Source: Gammaproteobacteria bacterium
GTDB taxonomy: Bacteria > Pseudomonadota > Gammaproteobacteria > SZUA-152
DNA: 41,145 bases
Assembly (NCBI GenBank): GCA_013151355.1
Contig: JAADIL010000277.1
Location: forward strand, 1-41,145
Direction of reading: 5' to 3'
Every line of letters starts with the position of its first letter. Positions within the stretch are counted from its first letter, which is position 1. Below the pieces are notes generated by a model that saw nothing but the letters and a program-made list of their open reading frames with translations, searched no databases and was not told where the DNA came from. Made by a program: the position numbers and the translations under genes. Positions 15,172 to 23,457 of the stretch are shown here, piece after piece.

Positions 15172-15327
15172 ATGATTATCCGGGCAGGCACACCGATCAT
15201 AATTCAGACTAATTCTTATTCGTTGGCGAATGCTCACTAACCCACCATAACCAGGTAAAGCCACCAATGCCTGCCAGCAAAGAAGCAAACAAAACTCCGG
15301 TCTTTGCCATTAACAAATATTCTGGTT
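15172..15327. repeat. Direct repeat copy B (zapE 3-prime remnant plus the genuine nhaA 3-prime end)
   Basis: See copy A. It contains a dead ...CAC CGA TCA TAA remnant of the zapE end at 15191-15202. That remnant is followed by the real nhaA stop at 15209. Confidence 0.85.
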
Positions 15328-16600
15328 GGTTCGCAAACCCCAGTTCGGCAATGAATATCGCCATGGTGAAACCGATACCCGCCAGCAGTGCTACACCGGC
15401 AATCTGGCTAAAGCAGGTTTGTGCAGGGAGTTGAGCGATACCCAATCTGAGCGCAAGCCAGCTGGCCCCGGCAATACCGATAAATTTCCCCAGCACCAGC
15501 CCGAACACGACTCCCATCGTCACCGGGTGTGTCAGCGTATCACCCAGGCTCGCCAGTTCCATGGGAATACCCGCATTAATGAACGCAAATACAGGGATTA
15601 CCAGGAAAGCCACGGGCATGTGCATTCCGCGTTCCAGTCGCTGCAAAGGTGTTTCTACCTTGTGCACGCTGTTTTCAAGTGTGTGCACCACAGTGCGTAA
15701 ATCATCATTGGTCATGATGCTTTTACCTGGCTGATGACTGGCGTCAAAACGAACCATCAAACTTTTCATATGTTCGCTAAAGCGAACCGGGTCATATTTT
15801 GGACGCGCCGGAATCATAAAGGCTGTCAATACGCCGGCCAGCGTGGCGTGAACACCGGACTCAAGCAGGGCAAACCACAGCAGCACACCGAGCAAAAAAT
15901 AGGGCAGGGGCTGGCGGACACCGGCCCGGTTAAATACGAGCAACACACCCAGTATTATCGCAGCAATGAGTAATGCCTCCCATACCAGCTGCTCGGTATA
16001 AAAAAGCGCGATGATTATTACTGCACCCAGATCATCCACAATTGCCAACGCTACCAAAAAGGTGATCAACGCTCTGGGCACGCGACGGGCCAGCAACACC
16101 AGTGCACCGATAGCGAAGGCAATATCCGTGGCCATGGGAATTCCCCAGCCACGGGCAGCATCGCCACCGTGGTTGAAGGAAAAATAGATCAATGCTGGCA
16201 CCACCATGCCACCAATTGCAGCGATAACAGGCAGCGCAGCCTGACGTGGAATCGCCAATTCACCCACCAGTATTTCGCGTTTGAGTTCCAGTCCTACCAC
16301 AAAGAAAAACAAGGTCATCAAACCATCATTAACCCAGTGTTGCAGTGTTTTTTCCAATACCCAACCACCAACATTGATCCCGATCGGCAGATGCACCCAC
16401 TGCTGATAAAGTCCGGACAAGCCGCTGTTGGCCAGCACCAGTGCCAGAATAGCCATCCCCATCAACAACAGACCACTCGTCGTCTGGCGATGGATAAACT
16501 CCTCGAAAGGAGTGAGTATTTTATTAAAAGACTTTTCCCACGGGGCGTGAAAAACACCTTTTTTTGCAGTGTGCCCGGGCACCTTGTCTTGTTTGCTCAT
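15209..16600 (-). CDS. nhaA: Na+/H+ antiporter NhaA
   Basis: 463 aa polytopic protein. It has NhaA hallmarks including ...VALAIVDDLGAVIIIALFY... (the DD motif helix). Confidence 0.9.
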   Translation of the reverse strand: MSKQDKVPGHTAKKGVFHAPWEKSFNKILTPFEEFIHRQTTSGLLLMGMAILALVLANSGLSGLYQQWVHLPIGINVGGWVLEKTLQHWVNDGLMTLFFFVVGLELKREILVGELAIPRQAALPVIAAIGGMVVPALIYFSFNHGGDAARGWGIPMATDIAFAIGALVLLARRVPRALITFLVALAIVDDLGAVIIIALFYTEQLVWEALLIAAIILGVLLVFNRAGVRQPLPYFLLGVLLWFALLESGVHATLAGVLTAFMIPARPKYDPVRFSEHMKSLMVRFDASHQPGKSIMTNDDLRTVVHTLENSVHKVETPLQRLERGMHMPVAFLVIPVFAFINAGIPMELASLGDTLTHPVTMGVVFGLVLGKFIGIAGASWLALRLGIAQLPAQTCFSQIAGVALLAGIGFTMAIFIAELGFANQPEYLLMAKTGVLFASLLAGIGGFTWLWWVSEHSPTNKN

Positions 16601-16937
16601 ACGTTATACCTGCATTTTTTGTTCGCGCTGCCATAAAACATTTCTTGAATGGCTATTTTTGCGCTGTCGTCATAATCGCAACCACGACAAGAGGAATATT
16701 TTACATTCTGCGGAAATTGCGTAAAAAAGGTGGTTGCGCAACCCTCTGGACTCTGGACAGTGCAATTAAAATACTCAAATCGATTTTACACGGACATCGT
16801 CCGGGCAGCCTGAAACAAATGATGTTATTGCATACACGTTCTTCAGTTGATTGAATGCAAGGCCCGGAAGGTGTTGCAGGACGAGAAATGTCGGGATAGA
16901 GCAGATTTGTATAATGGTGTGCAGGGGTATGCAGGCG

Positions 16938-17402
16938 TTAACTCGCCCCCACAAACCCCAACTGCCGCCAGGCTTCATAAACAATAATTGCTGTCGCATT
17001 GGACAGGTTCAAACTGCGATTGTCGGGTAACATGGGAATACGCAGCAATTGCTCATCTGGTAGCGAGTCCAGAATATTCGCAGGTAGTCCTCGCGTCTCC
17101 GGCCCGAATAAAAATGCATCCCCCGCTACGTAGTCAGACCGGGTATAATTCTGTTGCCCCCTGGTGGAGCAGGCGAACAGTCGTGTGGGTTTGGTTGTCT
17201 GCACAAAGGCGTCGAGAGTGTCATGAATCTGTACCTTGGCAAATTCATGATAATCCAGTCCGGCGCGACGCAGTTGTTTATGCGACATATCAAAACCCAG
17301 CGGGCGAATCAGGTGCAGTTGCGCACCGCAATTGGCGCAAAGACGGATAATATTGCCCGTATTGGGCGGGATTTCTGGTTGAAAAAGAACGATGTGGAAC
17401 AC
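16938..17402 (-). CDS. trmL: tRNA (cytidine/uridine34-2'-O)-methyltransferase TrmL (SpoU/TrmH family)
   Basis: (M)FHIVLFQPEIPPNTGNIIRLCANCGAQLHLIRPLGF is nearly identical in pattern to the E. coli TrmL N-terminus. The GTG at 17402 is preferred over the TTG at 17423 used by the ORF track. Confidence 0.88.
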   Translation of the reverse strand: MFHIVLFQPEIPPNTGNIIRLCANCGAQLHLIRPLGFDMSHKQLRRAGLDYHEFAKVQIHDTLDAFVQTTKPTRLFACSTRGQQNYTRSDYVAGDAFLFGPETRGLPANILDSLPDEQLLRIPMLPDNRSLNLSNATAIIVYEAWRQLGFVGAS

Positions 17403-17451
17403 AGGCTGGCAAACACACTCCAAAAACAGGAATTAACAAGGTAAAAAATTA

Positions 17452-18399
17452 ATGGTGCATAAATCACAAAAAACCATGCTGGTATCCGGGTTTTGCGGCA
17501 TGCGCTTCGACACCCCCGTTGTTCTGCTATCCGGTTGTGTTGGCTTTGGTGAAGAATACACACGAGTCAAGGGCTTTACCAATCGTGATGTGGGTGCCGT
17601 GTGCCTCAAAGGCACCACGCTGGAGCCACGCCTCGGCAATGCGCCGCACCGGGTGATCGAAACACCGGCAGGAATGATCAATGCCATTGGCTTGCAAAAT
17701 CCCGGTGCCAAACATGTGATCAATGAAATCCTGCCTGGACTGGATTTTGAAGAAACCCGCTTTATTGCCAATATCGCCGGTTCCACTGTGGAAGACTACG
17801 CAGAAGTGACGCGTCTGTTTAACGACTCCGATATCGACGCCATGGAAATCAATATTTCCTGTCCCAACGTCAAGGAAGGCGGCGTCGCTTTCGGCAATGA
17901 TCCGGACATGTCCGCGCGAGTGGTGGAAGCCTGTCGCAAGGAAACCGACAAACCGTTAATCACCAAGCTCTCGCCCAATCAGACGGACATCGCTGAAAAT
18001 GCCCAACGTTGTATCGACGCTGGTACTGATGGCTTTGCGGTTATCAACACGCTTATGGGTATGGCTATCGACGTGGAATCGCGAACGCCTGTTATTGGTA
18101 ACAATCAGGGTGGTTTGTCTGGTCCCGCCATCAAGCCTGTTGCCCTGTTAAAAACGCACCAGGTGTATCAGGTGTGCAAGGGCCATGGTATTCCGATTAT
18201 CGGCCAGGGAGGTATTTGTACTGCCAACGATGCCATTGAATTTATGATTGCCGGTGCTTCTGCCGTGGGTGTGGGTACAGCACTGTTTTATGATCCGTTG
18301 GTCTGCAAAAAGATAAACGATGGTATTGTGAGTTATATGGAACGGCATGAATTGACGGAAGTGTCACAATTGGTGGGAACGTTGGTGTTGAACGGATAA
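17452..18399 (+). CDS. Class 1 (PyrD-B-like) dihydroorotate dehydrogenase catalytic subunit homologue
   Basis: Collinear with my recollection of B. subtilis PyrD: SGCVGFGEEY, GMINAIGLQNPG, EINISCPNVKEGG, GGLSGPAIKPVAL, IIGQGGI. The start may be the internal ATG at 17476 (MLVSGF...). No pyrK-like gene is adjacent. Confidence 0.8.
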   Translation: MVHKSQKTMLVSGFCGMRFDTPVVLLSGCVGFGEEYTRVKGFTNRDVGAVCLKGTTLEPRLGNAPHRVIETPAGMINAIGLQNPGAKHVINEILPGLDFEETRFIANIAGSTVEDYAEVTRLFNDSDIDAMEINISCPNVKEGGVAFGNDPDMSARVVEACRKETDKPLITKLSPNQTDIAENAQRCIDAGTDGFAVINTLMGMAIDVESRTPVIGNNQGGLSGPAIKPVALLKTHQVYQVCKGHGIPIIGQGGICTANDAIEFMIAGASAVGVGTALFYDPLVCKKINDGIVSYMERHELTEVSQLVGTLVLNG

Positions 18400-18406
18400 G
18401 GGACGT

Positions 18407-18505
18407 GCACGTAATAACATCCCGATCTGGCGCTCATATTTGGTCTGTATTCGCCTAAAGCGCCTACTGTTGGTGTTCGTTCTGATTGAACAAAAGTGCA
18501 GGAAT
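18407..18505. mobile_element. MITE family B, half copy
   Basis: It begins with GCACGTAATAAC, which equals the reverse complement of the right end of the 4291-4484 element. It ends with the exact 31-mer GTTCGTTCTGATTGAACAAAAGTGCAGGAAT shared with 4341-4371. It lies just upstream of the yceK-like start. Confidence 0.55.
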
Positions 18506-18525
18506 GGGCTGAGTGAGGTTGCGAC

Positions 18526-18804
18526 ATGAAACGATCAAAATACACAAAAATCATTTTGTCTTTTATTTTTGTTTTTGCCGTTAGTGGTTGTTCTACCATT
18601 GTGGCACATTCTGAAAGAGAGGCATCCATGCCCTATGCAGGAACAAAGTCCGCCATAAAAAACATGAAAAAATCATGGTATCAGTACGATATTTATGGAC
18701 AGGTTTATCTGTATGTGATCGATATGCCTTTCAGTTTTATTGCAGATACATTGCTGTATCCGCTGGATGTGTATCGGGTCGGGCAAGCGAAGCCGGTGCG
18801 ATAA
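18526..18804 (+). CDS. YceK/YidQ-family small lipoprotein
   Basis: 92 aa with lipobox VSGC. The C-terminal motif VIDMPFSFIADTLLYPLDVY matches the YceK motif ILDLPFSLVFDTLLLPIDI. Confidence 0.75.
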   Translation: MKRSKYTKIILSFIFVFAVSGCSTIVAHSEREASMPYAGTKSAIKNMKKSWYQYDIYGQVYLYVIDMPFSFIADTLLYPLDVYRVGQAKPVR

Positions 18805-19748
18805 ACGTGTGTTGGGTGCGACTCGGGCAGAGGATCAGGGTTGTTTTTGTGATCACGCAAATGCCATGCTGTTTTGCTATCCAGGGCAACAAGCTTTCCT
18901 TCCGTGGTCTTCACTGCTGATTGCGTTTTCACGAAAACCTGTTGGTGATATCCTTGAGGAGCATGGGCAATACAGTTATGGAACATCGCCTTAAGGGTAA
19001 TGTGCTGATCCGACCACCCCGTTTTTCCTTGCCAAAATTCGTTGTCATTTCCCCGCCATTAGCTCTATTGAAAAACTGTTGGTTACGGTGAGTCAATGAT
19101 GTTGATCAGGCCAGGCAGCCTGCCAAAAAAGTTGCGTTGTCGGTATCTGGCGCCACACGCAAAAAATAAATGTAAATCTGTTCATCAAGCGCACCATAAG
19201 CCACCTGCCCAAACACAACATGCTGTTGTATTCGGTTCAGGTTGACCATGGGAGCCTGGTGATCTATATGTTTAGCGAATGATTGAAGGTTTTGTTTTCA
19301 AAGAGAAACCGCTTGTACGGTGGTCGTCCGGGTTATGTGCAGAGACGGAAAACACAATATATTGTGCGTCAGGTGTGCTGTTTGCGTGCAACGTGTTGTG
19401 TTTCCGGCTCTTTCATCCTGTTTCGTCGCAGTGTTTGGAGCACGGGCAGCGGGCAGGGCTGGACGGCGCCGGGTCTTCGTGGTAGGTTAGCGCGACGCTG
19501 GTATCTCAAAACGTTTGCTTCGCGCCGTGTCCTGGCCTTCTTTCCGTGTAAAACAAGTCAAATTTAAGCAAACGAACTGATTTTCTGGTAAGCCCTTAAA
19601 ATAAAACCCCTTAATAATTCCTTTTTGAGCACTCTGTTACCACTATCCATTTTTTTGCACAGAATTTCTGATTCTGAACACGCCAGACTATGGCACTGGT
19701 GAGTCCTCCAAATTTTATCTTTTAAACTATTCCGGTGATCCTACGCCT

Positions 19749-21005
19749 ATGAACCTGACCGAACTGAAACAAAAAACTGCCCTTGAACTTACCGAACTTG
19801 CCCGGGATACCGGTGTGGAAGGTATGGCTCGGGCTCGCAAACAAGACATCATTTTTGCTTTGCTCAAAGCACATGCCAAAAATGGTGAAGATATTTACGG
19901 TGATGGTGTGCTGGAAATATTGCAGGATGGATTCGGTTTTTTAAGGTCGGCGGACAGTTCATATTTGGCCGGGCCGGATGATATTTATGTGTCACCCAGC
20001 CAGATTCGACGTTTCAGTTTGCGCACGGGTGATACCATTTCCGGCAAGATTCGCCCGCCGAAAGATGGTGAACGGTATTTTGCACTGCTCAAGGTGGGTG
20101 AAATCAATTTTGATCGACCGGAAAATGCCAAAAATAAAGTACCGTTTGAAAATCTCACCCCGCTGTTTGCCAATGAGCGCCTGACCCTGGAAATAGGCAA
20201 TGGTAGTACCGAGGATTTGACGGCGCGCGTGATCGACATGGCGGCACCCGTGGGCAAGGGCCAGCGCGGGCTGATTGTTTCTCCACCCAAGTCGGGTAAA
20301 ACAATGATGTTGCAGTACATCGCACAAAGCATTGCCGCCAATCATCCCGAGTGTATTCTTATTGTATTGCTCATTGACGAGCGCCCGGAAGAAGTGACGG
20401 AAATGGCGCGTTCGGTGCGTGGTGAAGTGGTATCCAGTACCTTCGATGAGCCAGCCAGTCGTCATGTACAAGTAGCGGAAATGGTCATTGAAAAAGCCAA
20501 GCGTCTGGTGGAACACAAAAAGGATGTGGTCATCCTGCTGGATTCGATTACACGTCTGGCACGTGCTTATAACACGGTGATTCCTTCTTCCGGCAAGGTG
20601 CTGACAGGTGGTGTGGATGCCAATGCGTTGCATCGTCCCAAACGCTTTTTTGGTGCGGCACGAAACATTGAAGAAGGCGGCAGCCTCACTATTCTGGCCA
20701 CTGCCCTTGTGGATACCGGGTCGCGCATGGACGATGTGATTTATGAAGAATTCAAAGGCACCGGTAACATGGAGGTGCATCTGGACAGGCGTATCGCCGA
20801 AAAGCGTATTTATCCTGCTATCGATATTAATCGTTCTGGCACGCGCCGCGAAGAGCGTCTCACCAAGCCTGACGAGTTGCAGAAAATCTGGATTTTGCGC
20901 AAGCTGTTGCATCCCATGGATGAATTGGCGGCCATTGAGTTTTTGTTGGATCGCCTGAAAGATACCAAGGTGAACACCGAGTTTTATGCGTCAATGAGGC
21001 GCTAA
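19749..21005 (+). CDS. rho: Transcription termination factor Rho
   Basis: 418 aa, collinear with E. coli Rho throughout: MNLTELK..., the [19 protein letters not shown]-binding domain, Walker A PPKSGKT, and RFFGAARN... Confidence 0.97.
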   Translation: MNLTELKQKTALELTELARDTGVEGMARARKQDIIFALLKAHAKNGEDIYGDGVLEILQDGFGFLRSADSSYLAGPDDIYVSPSQIRRFSLRTGDTISGKIRPPKDGERYFALLKVGEINFDRPENAKNKVPFENLTPLFANERLTLEIGNGSTEDLTARVIDMAAPVGKGQRGLIVSPPKSGKTMMLQYIAQSIAANHPECILIVLLIDERPEEVTEMARSVRGEVVSSTFDEPASRHVQVAEMVIEKAKRLVEHKKDVVILLDSITRLARAYNTVIPSSGKVLTGGVDANALHRPKRFFGAARNIEEGGSLTILATALVDTGSRMDDVIYEEFKGTGNMEVHLDRRIAEKRIYPAIDINRSGTRREERLTKPDELQKIWILRKLLHPMDELAAIEFLLDRLKDTKVNTEFYASMRR

Positions 21006-21061
21006 AAAATAATAATAAATCTGTTTTGTATTTCTGGTTACTGTTTCTGAAGGTCTGGTCA

Positions 21062-21820
21062 ATGAATAAGCAGTGGGTAAAGCGTGCAGCATTGTGCGCT
21101 GTGGCATTAAGTATTGTATTGCTTGGCGCCTGTTCGCGTGAATATACCTCCGAGATGATGAATGCTGCCAAAGATGGCAATTTAAAATTTGTGCAGGCGA
21201 CTGTGCAACGCGGAGCCGATGTCAACGAACGTAGCAATAAAGGTAAAAATGCTTTGATGTTTGCCGCTTCTGAAAATCATCAAGAGGTGGTGCAGTGGTT
21301 GATCGAGCAAGGTGCCGATGTGAATACAGCGGACAATTATGGCACGACGGCGTTAATCGTTGCGGCAACGGCCGGGCATTATGCAGTAGTGGAGTTATTG
21401 TTGGAAAACGGTGCCAATGCGCAAGTGCGTGATGAAAGCGGCGGTGCACCGTTGGTTAATGCGGTTTATTTTGGCCATTCAGAGACTGTACAATTACTGT
21501 TAGATAATTTGCTGAAAGACAAAGCGTCCGGGCTGGACAAGCGTGATGGCGAAGAGTTGCTGATGCTGGGCGCCGGGCTGGGACATACCGATATCGTCAG
21601 TCTTATGGTGAAAGCAGGCATTGATGTCAATGGCCGTGGATTAAAGCAGCGTACCCCGTTAATGGCGGCCGCAGCCTTTGACCGGCCTGAAGTGGCCAAA
21701 GTGTTATTGGCGCAAGGCGCTGATCCGGCAGCGCGTGACGAGGATGGTCAGACTGCGCTCAGTGTGGCAAGGGATAAAGGCAGTGACCAGGTGGCTGCAT
21801 TGCTGGCTGAGGTGCGCTAG
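21062..21820 (+). CDS. Ankyrin-repeat lipoprotein
   Basis: Signal peptide plus lipobox (VALSIVLLGAC). About 6 ANK repeats follow (G.TALM.AA..GH..VV..LL..GADVN). The ATG at 21062 is preferred over 21026. Confidence 0.8.
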   Translation: MNKQWVKRAALCAVALSIVLLGACSREYTSEMMNAAKDGNLKFVQATVQRGADVNERSNKGKNALMFAASENHQEVVQWLIEQGADVNTADNYGTTALIVAATAGHYAVVELLLENGANAQVRDESGGAPLVNAVYFGHSETVQLLLDNLLKDKASGLDKRDGEELLMLGAGLGHTDIVSLMVKAGIDVNGRGLKQRTPLMAAAAFDRPEVAKVLLAQGADPAARDEDGQTALSVARDKGSDQVAALLAEVR

Positions 21821-21926
21821 TCGAAATGGCCTTGACGATGTACTGGTGACGTTGCTGTTTGTCTGGCCTCACTTTTGTCATAAACAAACAGCGTTGCCAT
21901 GAAGTTATGATTGAAGCCATGATTTT

Positions 21927-22577
21927 TTATTTGGGCCGCACACCCATGAATTTATTCCAGTTTTCCGGGGTGCCTTCGTGGGAGACGCTGTGGCAGCGTT
22001 CACAGGTCCATAGTGAAAAGGCAACCTTGTCATGGCAGCGACCGCAGTGTTCGCCAGCGAGAATGCCATCCATGGAAAGTTTGTTGGCCCCCTTTTTTTC
22101 GATGAAAATCGCGGGGTGGCAATTAGAGCAGGCCAGCCATTGGGTGTGCGCAGCGTGCGGGAATTTCACCCAGGGCATCTGGCCGGTGTTTTTGAACATA
22201 ATATCCATGTCCAGCACGGTCATCCGGGCTTGCCCCGTCAAATCAGCCCGGGGTTCGATAATGCCCAAATCCAGGGCCTTGACCCAGTCAACGTCACCTC
22301 TGCGGCCTAGAGGGAAGGCACTGAGTGCTTCTGCGGGCTCTTGCAAAGCGTTGATGGCATCGTTGTCAGGGTCATGAATGCCGTCGGTTGCCAGTGCTTC
22401 GGTTTCCACTGTATTGGCAAAGTAGCGATTGTCACGCCAACGCTTGCCTTCGCTTATGCCACTGTCTACCTCGTACTGGGCGCCACGCGTGGTGGAGTTT
22501 GAGGCGGATGTGCAGGCAGTAAGAAAGTGCAGTGATACCCCGGATACAAAAATTAGTATGATCAATCCACGAAACAT
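21927..22577 (-). CDS. Triheme c7/c3-type cytochrome, lipoprotein
   Basis: Three CxxCH motifs (CSNCH, CGRCH, CERCH) lie in the context VKFPHAAHTQWLACSNCHP...GEHCGRCHDKVAF...CERCH. An N-terminal lipobox LTAC is present. The start could be the ATG at 22577 or the TTG at 22601. Confidence 0.8.
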   Translation of the reverse strand: MFRGLIILIFVSGVSLHFLTACTSASNSTTRGAQYEVDSGISEGKRWRDNRYFANTVETEALATDGIHDPDNDAINALQEPAEALSAFPLGRRGDVDWVKALDLGIIEPRADLTGQARMTVLDMDIMFKNTGQMPWVKFPHAAHTQWLACSNCHPAIFIEKKGANKLSMDGILAGEHCGRCHDKVAFSLWTCERCHSVSHEGTPENWNKFMGVRPK

Positions 22578-22612
22578 CGTACCGCGACCTCTTCCACTCA
22601 AATGATGAGCTG

Positions 22613-23176
22613 TTATTGTTTAACTCCGGCTTTTTGTAATATATCCAGAATGTTGTTGTGTCCTTCGTTGCGTGCGAGATAAAGTGCCGTGCGCCCATTC
22701 CTGCTTTTCACGTTAATGTTGGCACCGCTGGCAAGCAACAGTTCGAGTATGTCGCTGTAACCACGATTACTCGCCCATAACAGTGGCGTCCAGCCATTTT
22801 TATCAGCCAGTTCGGTGTTGGCTTTGCGCTGCAACAGCAATTGTACGGCGGCAACATTACCCTTGGTGGTGGCGCGCATCAGCGGCGTCCAGCCATCGTC
22901 GTCCTGGGTGTTGATGTCGGCACCGGCATCAATGAGCACCGCCATGGTGGCTGTCTGGTCTTGCCGGGCGGCATGCATGAGCGCCGTCCAGCCAAAATTG
23001 TTGCGTTCATCAACCCGCGCGCCATTGGCCAGATCGGTTTGTACTACAGAGGGGTCACCGTCCAGGGTGTGCTTCATTAATTCTGTATTACCATCGCAGG
23101 CAATCAGCAGGCTGCCCACTGTGGCAAGCAACAGGAGTCGCGTGTACAGGGCGGCGAGGTGAGCGGGTTTTCTCAT
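22613..23176 (-). CDS. Ankyrin-repeat lipoprotein
   Basis: Start at MRKPAHLAALYTRLLLLATVGSLLIAC (lipobox), then about 4-5 ANK repeats. The ORF-track extension to 23308 runs into a MITE. The gene ends 11 nt upstream of the cytochrome ORF (22601), or 35 nt before the preferred ATG at 22577. Confidence 0.8.
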   Translation of the reverse strand: MRKPAHLAALYTRLLLLATVGSLLIACDGNTELMKHTLDGDPSVVQTDLANGARVDERNNFGWTALMHAARQDQTATMAVLIDAGADINTQDDDGWTPLMRATTKGNVAAVQLLLQRKANTELADKNGWTPLLWASNRGYSDILELLLASGANINVKSRNGRTALYLARNEGHNNILDILQKAGVKQ

Positions 23177-23220
23177 GGTGAGTATACATGTCCTGTATGA
23201 GCGGCAGTACAAAGACAGGC

Positions 23221-23389
23221 TCCCGGAGCCTGTCGGACTCAGGATGAACCCGCTGCGAAAAAACCGTTTTGACCCGTTTTTTCGATCACTTTCGTTAAAT
23301 ATACTCAATGTTCACCTCAAATAACCGAAAAAATGGGTTTAAAGTGCTCTTTTCTCGCTACGATCACCCGGATTCGACAGGTTCCCGGG
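23221..23389. mobile_element. MITE-like element, family A, copy 2
   Basis: CCCGGAGCCTGTCGGACTCAGGATGAAC... to ...GATTCGACAGGTTCCCGGG. It has imperfect terminal inverted repeats and an interior homologous to 8693-8856. Confidence 0.7.
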
Positions 23390-23457
23390 AATATTAAAGT
23401 GTATCAAGCTGGTTGGCGCGAGCATAGAGCCCGAAACGCATGGCAAGGTGTACGTTC

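Noticed and set aside
14260-15327. Integrase, transposase, attC or T6SS (Hcp/VgrG/PAAR) genes associated with the Tse2-like cassette
   Set aside because: None is present. The cassette contains only the two small ORFs between the direct repeats, so I do not call it a transposon, integron cassette or T6SS island.
19106-19249. 47-codon minus-strand ORF (MVNLNRIQQHVVFGQVAYGALDEQIYIYFLRVAPD...)
   Set aside because: It is too short, and I recognise no family. It is kept only as a possible pseudogene remnant in the finding on the 18.8-19.7 kb region.
19283-19567. 94-aa + strand ORF upstream of rho
   Set aside because: It is extremely Arg/Cys/Gly-rich with no RBS, and it lies in the expected rho leader region. 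I treat it as non-coding.
19992-20912. 306-aa minus-strand ORF, plus similar long antisense ORFs at 10378-10980 (+), 28508-29065 (-), 30344-30952 (-), 35267-35821 (-), 5702-6190 (-) and 11284-11859 (+)
   Set aside because: Each lies entirely antisense to, or out of frame within, a gene with unmistakable homology (rho, rlmL, ppa, holA, rng, the tauE-like gene). Their compositions are skewed (Arg/His/Cys-rich). These are shadow ORFs.
21854-21892. 9-bp stem hairpin (GCTGTTTGT...ACAAACAGC) between the convergent ankyrin and cytochrome genes
   Set aside because: The stem is short and AT-rich, the loop is 21 nt, and there is no U-tract. That is too weak to call a terminator.
23177-23308. ORF-track N-terminal extensions (ankyrin 22613-23308; also proA from 30913, zapE from 13125, lipoprotein to 13377, lptE from 29353, DUF1272 from 34087)
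   Set aside because: The extensions read through MITE/REP repeats or overlap the divergent neighbour. Internal ATG/GTG starts with RBSs restore canonical N-termini or signal peptides.
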